A DNA stretch of 21,104 bases from NCBI GenBank assembly GCA_026391215.1, contig JAPLDX010000046.1, positions 1 through 21,104 of the forward strand. The letters are read 5' to 3'. A model generated the notes under the pieces. That model made no database searches. It saw only the letters and a program-made list of their open reading frames with translations, and had not been told where the DNA came from. Each line of letters begins with the position of its first letter. Position 1 is the first letter of the stretch. The DNA comes from Bacteroidia bacterium (GTDB taxonomy: Bacteria > Bacteroidota > Bacteroidia > Bacteroidales > VadinHA17). Below are positions 16,926 to 21,104 of the stretch, one piece after another. Position numbers and translations under genes: made by a program.

Positions 16926-17219
16926 ATGAAAGCTATAATGATCATATATAATCAGGCTCACACTGAAAGAGTGGAGTACCTTCTGGATAAGATGAAAATA
17001 AAAGGCTATACACTTTGGGAAAATGTCCAGGGAAGAGGTAGCAATACCGGTGTGCCTCACCTTGGTACCCATGCCTGGCCTGAAATCAATAAAAGTCTGC
17101 TGACAATTGTTGATGACAATATCGTCGATAATCTCCTGGCGAATGTAAAGAAAATTGACTCGATAAACGAGGAAGTGGGAATCAGGGCTTTTGTGTGGGA
17201 TGTGCTGAAGACCGTGTGA
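16926..17219 (+). CDS. PII-like small protein (PG0541-type transporter-associated family)
   Basis: 97 aa with a PII-like layout: 'MKAIMII...IKGYTLWENVQGRGS...HLGTHAWP...LTIVDDNIVDNLL...GIRAFVWDV'. Lies 15 bp after the RND stop. Confidence 0.8.
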   Translation: MKAIMIIYNQAHTERVEYLLDKMKIKGYTLWENVQGRGSNTGVPHLGTHAWPEINKSLLTIVDDNIVDNLLANVKKIDSINEEVGIRAFVWDVLKTV

Positions 17220-19376
17220 TTATTCTTCCTCTTCCTCTTCTGTATAAGCTTTAATTACAGCATCCTGCACATCGCCGGGAACCTGAGAGTAATCAGAGAA
17301 TTTCATAGTATACATAGCACGACCGCCGGTTACTGAACTGAGAGCTGTTGAGTATTTATTCATTTCTGCAAGCGGAACCCTTGCCTTGATAACCTCGAAT
17401 CTCTTCTCACTTGCCATCCCAAGCACCATGCCGCGACGACCCTGAAGATCACTTATTACATCGCCCATGCGATCGGAGGGTACCATTATCTCAACATCAT
17501 AAACAGGTTCAAGGATCTTGGGATTTGCATTCTTGAATGCCTGACTGAACGCATTTCTCCCTGCAAGCCTGAACGATATTTCGTTGGAGTCAACCGGGTG
17601 CATCTTACCGTCATACACATAAACCCTTATGTCGCGCGCGTAAGATCCTGTCAGTGGGCCGACTTCCATCTTCTCCATTATGCCTTTAAGTATTGCAGGC
17701 AGGAATCGGGCATCTATCGATCCACCGACGATACAATTACAATATATAAGCTTACCTCCCCAGTCAAGATCTATCTCATCCTTGCTTCTTACTGAGAGCT
17801 TTATTTCTTTTCCTCCGAACTTCATCATTGACATTTCTGATGAGCCCTCCACATAAGGTTCTACTATCAAATGAACTTCCCCGAACTGACCGGCACCTCC
17901 TGACTGCTTCCTATGCCTGTAATCAGCCTGTGCTGCTTTCGTAATTGTCTCACGATAGGGTATCTTGGGAGGATTGAAGTTTGTCGGAATCTTGTAAATA
18001 TTATCAAGATGCCACTTCATTATATTCAAATGGTATTCACCCTGTCCATGGATGATGATCTGCTTCAGTTCCTTGGAATATTCAATTATGATGGTCGGAT
18101 CCTCAAGGTGTATTTTATTTAAAGCTTCACCAAGCTTCTCATCATCGCTTTCACTACGTGCTTTGATGGCCGTGCGGTACTTGGGTTCAGGAAATTTGAC
18201 GCCTTCATATCTCCAGTCATTCCCGGGAGCATTAAGAGTATGGTCTATCTTGGTGTTTTTCAGTTTAACGAAAGCACCGATATCCCCGACATGAAGTTCC
18301 GATACCCGTGTACGGTTTTTCCCGGCATTTACATAAAGCTGTGCAAGTCTTTCTTTTGTACTGTTATTGGTGTTTATTACATCGAGGTTTTCAGAGATCT
18401 TTCCTGAATAGACCCTGAAATAGTTGATCTCGCCTATATGTTCCTCTATTGACGATTTGAAGACATAAACTGATGCCGGACCTTTAGGATCAGGTTTAAC
18501 CTCATTGCCCTTGCTGTTTTTCGGAGCAGGCATGTCGGTAATGGAAGGTGCCTCGTTTACAATGAATTCCATCAGAGTGTCAACTCCCATATTGTTTTTT
18601 GCAGAAGTGCAGAATACCGGGAACAGTCCCCTGGAGAGAATACCTTTTGAGATCCCTTTTCTGATCTCTGCTTCGCTCAGTGTGTCATTTGAGAAGAAAA
18701 GCTCCATCAGAGCTTCATCGCTCTCGGCTGCTTTTTCTACAAGGGCATTATGAAGCTCTGCAGCTTTATCCTTTTGTTCAGCCGGGATATCTGTAACCTT
18801 GGCGGCTCCACCTTCTTTCCCATACTGAAGCAATTTCATTTTCAGAACGTCAACGATAGAATTGAATCCGACACCCTCATTGACAGGATATTGAACCAGG
18901 GTTACTCCAGCGCCAAACCGTTCCTTCATCATTTCAAGGGACTTATCGAAGTTGGCTTTTTCATGATCCAGTCCATTTACAGCAATGATGAGCGGTTTAT
19001 GTACTTTCTCGGCATGACGGAAATGAATATCTGTGCCTACCTCAACGCCATTCTGCACATTTATTAGCAAAATTGCTGAATCAGTTGCATAAAGCGAAGA
19101 GATTACTCCTCCGCTAAAATCATCAAGACCCGGGGTATCGAGTATATTTATTTTTTTATTCAGGAATTCCGTATAGAGAACGGTGGAATAAAGTGAGTTT
19201 CCGTTTTCATGTTCTATAGGGTGATAATCAGAGACTGTATTTTTGCCATCGATAGTACCTCTTCTCTCAATAACACCGCCGTTAAAGAGCATGGCTTCAC
19301 CTAAAGTAGTCTTTCCTGATCCGGAGTTACCCAGTATAGCAATGTTTTTAATCTGGTCTGTCAGGTATGTTTTCAT
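17220..19376 (-). CDS. fusA2: Elongation factor G paralog EF-G2 (Bacteroidales type)
   Basis: 718 aa full EF-G architecture (IPYRETI, HRKQSGGAGQFGEV, DGKMHPVDSNEISF, ILEPVY, DLQGRRG) with degenerate G motifs (GNSGSGKT, DTPGL, NGLD) and a domain IV insertion. Confidence 0.9.
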   Translation of the reverse strand: MKTYLTDQIKNIAILGNSGSGKTTLGEAMLFNGGVIERRGTIDGKNTVSDYHPIEHENGNSLYSTVLYTEFLNKKINILDTPGLDDFSGGVISSLYATDSAILLINVQNGVEVGTDIHFRHAEKVHKPLIIAVNGLDHEKANFDKSLEMMKERFGAGVTLVQYPVNEGVGFNSIVDVLKMKLLQYGKEGGAAKVTDIPAEQKDKAAELHNALVEKAAESDEALMELFFSNDTLSEAEIRKGISKGILSRGLFPVFCTSAKNNMGVDTLMEFIVNEAPSITDMPAPKNSKGNEVKPDPKGPASVYVFKSSIEEHIGEINYFRVYSGKISENLDVINTNNSTKERLAQLYVNAGKNRTRVSELHVGDIGAFVKLKNTKIDHTLNAPGNDWRYEGVKFPEPKYRTAIKARSESDDEKLGEALNKIHLEDPTIIIEYSKELKQIIIHGQGEYHLNIMKWHLDNIYKIPTNFNPPKIPYRETITKAAQADYRHRKQSGGAGQFGEVHLIVEPYVEGSSEMSMMKFGGKEIKLSVRSKDEIDLDWGGKLIYCNCIVGGSIDARFLPAILKGIMEKMEVGPLTGSYARDIRVYVYDGKMHPVDSNEISFRLAGRNAFSQAFKNANPKILEPVYDVEIMVPSDRMGDVISDLQGRRGMVLGMASEKRFEVIKARVPLAEMNKYSTALSSVTGGRAMYTMKFSDYSQVPGDVQDAVIKAYTEEEEEE

Positions 19377-19426
19377 GATAGAATAGTTATTATTTTATAC
19401 TTAGTCATATACGGATTTGGCGCGGA

Positions 19427-19434
19427 CAAAAATA
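19427..19434 (-). promoter_or_regulatory. -7 promoter element (TATTTTTG) for fusA2
   Basis: The reverse complement of CAAAAATA is an exact TAnnTTTG, about 50 bp upstream of the fusA2 ATG. Confidence 0.65.
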
Positions 19435-19711
19435 ACAATTTTTTAAAAACAGTTCTAGAAAGAGTGCATAATATCAAGAATTTTTATTTCCTTTGCACCA
19501 GTTTTTTGAAACGCAGGAGTACCGGTTTTTCTTTCGAAGGTAAGTTTACAAAATATTTTTCTGCAGGAAGAATCGGGAAGTTACCTGTTCACGACTTACG
19601 ATTAAGTTTGAATGGTATTAGTTTCAAGACATGCTTTAGGCGCTGATTTATTATGATTTCAGGCAGCTGAAGAGCGAATGGAATATTAATTTGAAAAAAT
19701 TGACAGGCTGG

Positions 19712-19744
19712 TTTGTAATTCTTAAAATATAATCAATACCTTTG
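19712..19744 (+). promoter_or_regulatory. Canonical Bacteroidota primary-sigma promoter of the str operon
   Basis: TTTG (19712-19715)-N21-TACCTTTG (19737-19744), 46 bp upstream of the rpsL ATG. Confidence 0.85.
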
Positions 19745-19790
19745 CAAACCATTTTTTTGAGTAAAATATATTACAAATTAATTTAAAAAT

Positions 19791-20165
19791 ATGCCGACAA
19801 TTCAGCAGTTAGTCAGAAAAGGCAGGAAGAGACTGGTAGACAAAAGTAAAGCTCCTGCTCTGGATTCATGTCCTCAGAGAAGAGGTGTTTGTGTGCGTGT
19901 TTACACGACCACTCCAAAGAAACCAAATTCTGCAATGAGGAAAGTGGCTAGGGTAAGGCTTACAAACCAGAAGGAAGTAAATGCTTACATACCAGGTGAA
20001 GGTCATAATCTTCAGGAGCACTCCATTGTATTAATAAGGGGTGGCAGGGTAAAAGATCTTCCGGGAGTCCGTTACCACCTTATTCGTGGTGCACTCGATA
20101 CTTCCGGTGTTGATGGCCGTACTCAGAGAAGATCAAAATATGGTGCAAAAAGGCCTAAAAAGTAA
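19791..20165 (+). CDS. rpsL: 30S ribosomal protein S12
   Basis: [33 protein letters not shown] and [13 protein letters not shown]. Confidence 0.99.
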   Translation: MPTIQQLVRKGRKRLVDKSKAPALDSCPQRRGVCVRVYTTTPKKPNSAMRKVARVRLTNQKEVNAYIPGEGHNLQEHSIVLIRGGRVKDLPGVRYHLIRGALDTSGVDGRTQRRSKYGAKRPKK

Positions 20166-20182
20166 CATTAAAGGAATAAGAT

Positions 20183-20659
20183 ATGAGAAAAGCAAAACCA
20201 AAGAAGAAGATTCTTTTACCGGATCCGAAATTCAACGATCCGTATGTAACAAGGTTTGTTAACAATCTTATGTATAGTGGTAAAAAGAACATTGCTTATC
20301 AGATATTCTACGACTCACTTGATATAGTAGGCGATAAGTTTAAGAGTGAAGGTAAGACCCCTCTTGAGATCTTCAAGCAGGCTCTTGAAAATATCACACC
20401 GCAGGTTGAAGTCAAAGCACGCCGTGTAGGTGGTGCGACTTTCCAGGTTCCTATGGAAATCAGGGCCGACCGCAAAGTAAGCATCAGCATGAAGAATATG
20501 ATATCATTTGCACGCAAAAGAACTGGTCACTCAATGGCCGAACGTCTTGCTGCAGAGTTGATGGCTGCATATAAGCTTGAAGGCGGTGCCTATAAGAAAA
20601 AAGAGGATACTCACAGAATGGCCGAAGCCAACAAGGCTTTTGCTCATTTCAGGTTTTAA
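20183..20659 (+). CDS. rpsG: 30S ribosomal protein S7
   Basis: [28 protein letters not shown] and [21 protein letters not shown]. Confidence 0.99.
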   Translation: MRKAKPKKKILLPDPKFNDPYVTRFVNNLMYSGKKNIAYQIFYDSLDIVGDKFKSEGKTPLEIFKQALENITPQVEVKARRVGGATFQVPMEIRADRKVSISMKNMISFARKRTGHSMAERLAAELMAAYKLEGGAYKKKEDTHRMAEANKAFAHFRF

Positions 20660-20679
20660 TTGTTGATGCAAACAGGTAA

Positions 20680-21104
20680 ATGAATCCAAATCTGAAATAT
20701 ACCAGGAACATCGGGATCATGGCACACATCGATGCCGGGAAGACCACTACGACAGAACGTATTCTGTTCTATACCGGTCGTACCCATCGTATGGGTGAAG
20801 TCCATGACGGGAATGCCCAGATGGACTGGATGGTTCAGGAGCAGGAAAGAGGTATTACCATTACATCAGCTGCCACAACTACATACTGGAAATACAAGGG
20901 AGAAGATTTCAAGATAAATATTATCGATACGCCGGGCCATGTAGATTTCACCGTTGAGGTGGAAAGATCCTTACGGGTACTTGATGGCGCCGTAGCTGTA
21001 TTCTGTGCTGTTGGAGGTGTTGAGCCTCAGTCTGAAACTGTCTGGCGTCAGGCAAACAAATATGGTGTACCCAGGATAGCCTTTGTAAATAAGATGGACC
21101 GTGC
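20680..21104 (+). CDS. fusA: Elongation factor G (canonical; 5' part, runs off the window)
   Basis: Not in the ORF track. From ATG 20680: [33 protein letters not shown]...[18 protein letters not shown]...[26 protein letters not shown]...FVNKMDR. Confidence 0.98.
   Translation, partial: MNPNLKYTRNIGIMAHIDAGKTTTTERILFYTGRTHRMGEVHDGNAQMDWMVQEQERGITITSAATTTYWKYKGEDFKINIIDTPGHVDFTVEVERSLRVLDGAVAVFCAVGGVEPQSETVWRQANKYGVPRIAFVNKMDR

Noticed and set aside
17220-19376. EF-G paralog as a TetM/TetQ ribosomal protection protein or a pseudogene
   Set aside because: Intact 718-aa ORF with EF-G domain IV/V motifs and EF-G2 hallmarks. It lacks the AHVDAGKT/RGITI motifs that ribosomal protection proteins retain.
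19464-19646. 60-aa ORF in the fusA2-rpsL spacer
   Set aside because: GTG start upstream of the nearest plus-strand promoter element, overlaps promoter motifs, and has no protein-like features. It cannot be supported as a gene.
19791-20165. Streptomycin-resistance allele of rpsL
   Set aside because: PKKPNSA and RVKDLPG are both wild type.
1038-20917. Remaining short ORFs in the track (e.g. 1038-1280, 3125-3334, 5530-5910, 7828-8187, 14277-14621, 18750-19067, 20732-20917)
   Set aside because: All overlap longer, motif-supported genes in another frame or strand and show no independent coding signal.

Overview
A 21.1-kb chromosomal window from a Bacteroidota, probably Bacteroidales, genome. Support for that assignment: TTTG-N19-21-TAnnTTTG promoters, AT-rich leaders without obvious Shine-Dalgarno sites, a T9SS cargo protein and a Bacteroidales-type EF-G2. 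Left to right: a partial multi-TM LuxR-HTH regulator (-) divergent from a membrane protein gene; a carboxypeptidase-regulatory-like domain protein; a DUF4412-like exported protein; PcrA/UvrD helicase (-); a PKD/T9SS type-B cargo; a minus-strand phzF-like / rid / fold-type-III PLP enzyme trio; a TetR-TolC-MFP-RND-PII-like efflux operon; a GTPase-degenerate EF-G2 (-) head-to-head with the str operon (rpsL, rpsG, start of fusA). No rRNA, tRNA, CRISPR, transposase or phage genes were seen. The best candidates for a second look are: (1) the putative D-amino-acid racemase/dehydratase/enamine-deaminase module, with its rid and PLP genes bracketed by two related 8-bp-unit arrays; (2) EF-G2 sharing a divergent promoter region with the canonical EF-G operon; (3) a PII-fold protein appended to the RND pump; (4) a membrane one-component LuxR sensor with visible TACT-N2-AGTA boxes; (5) two branched C/G-tract REP-like elements. 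Family assignments come from motif recognition only; no searches were run.
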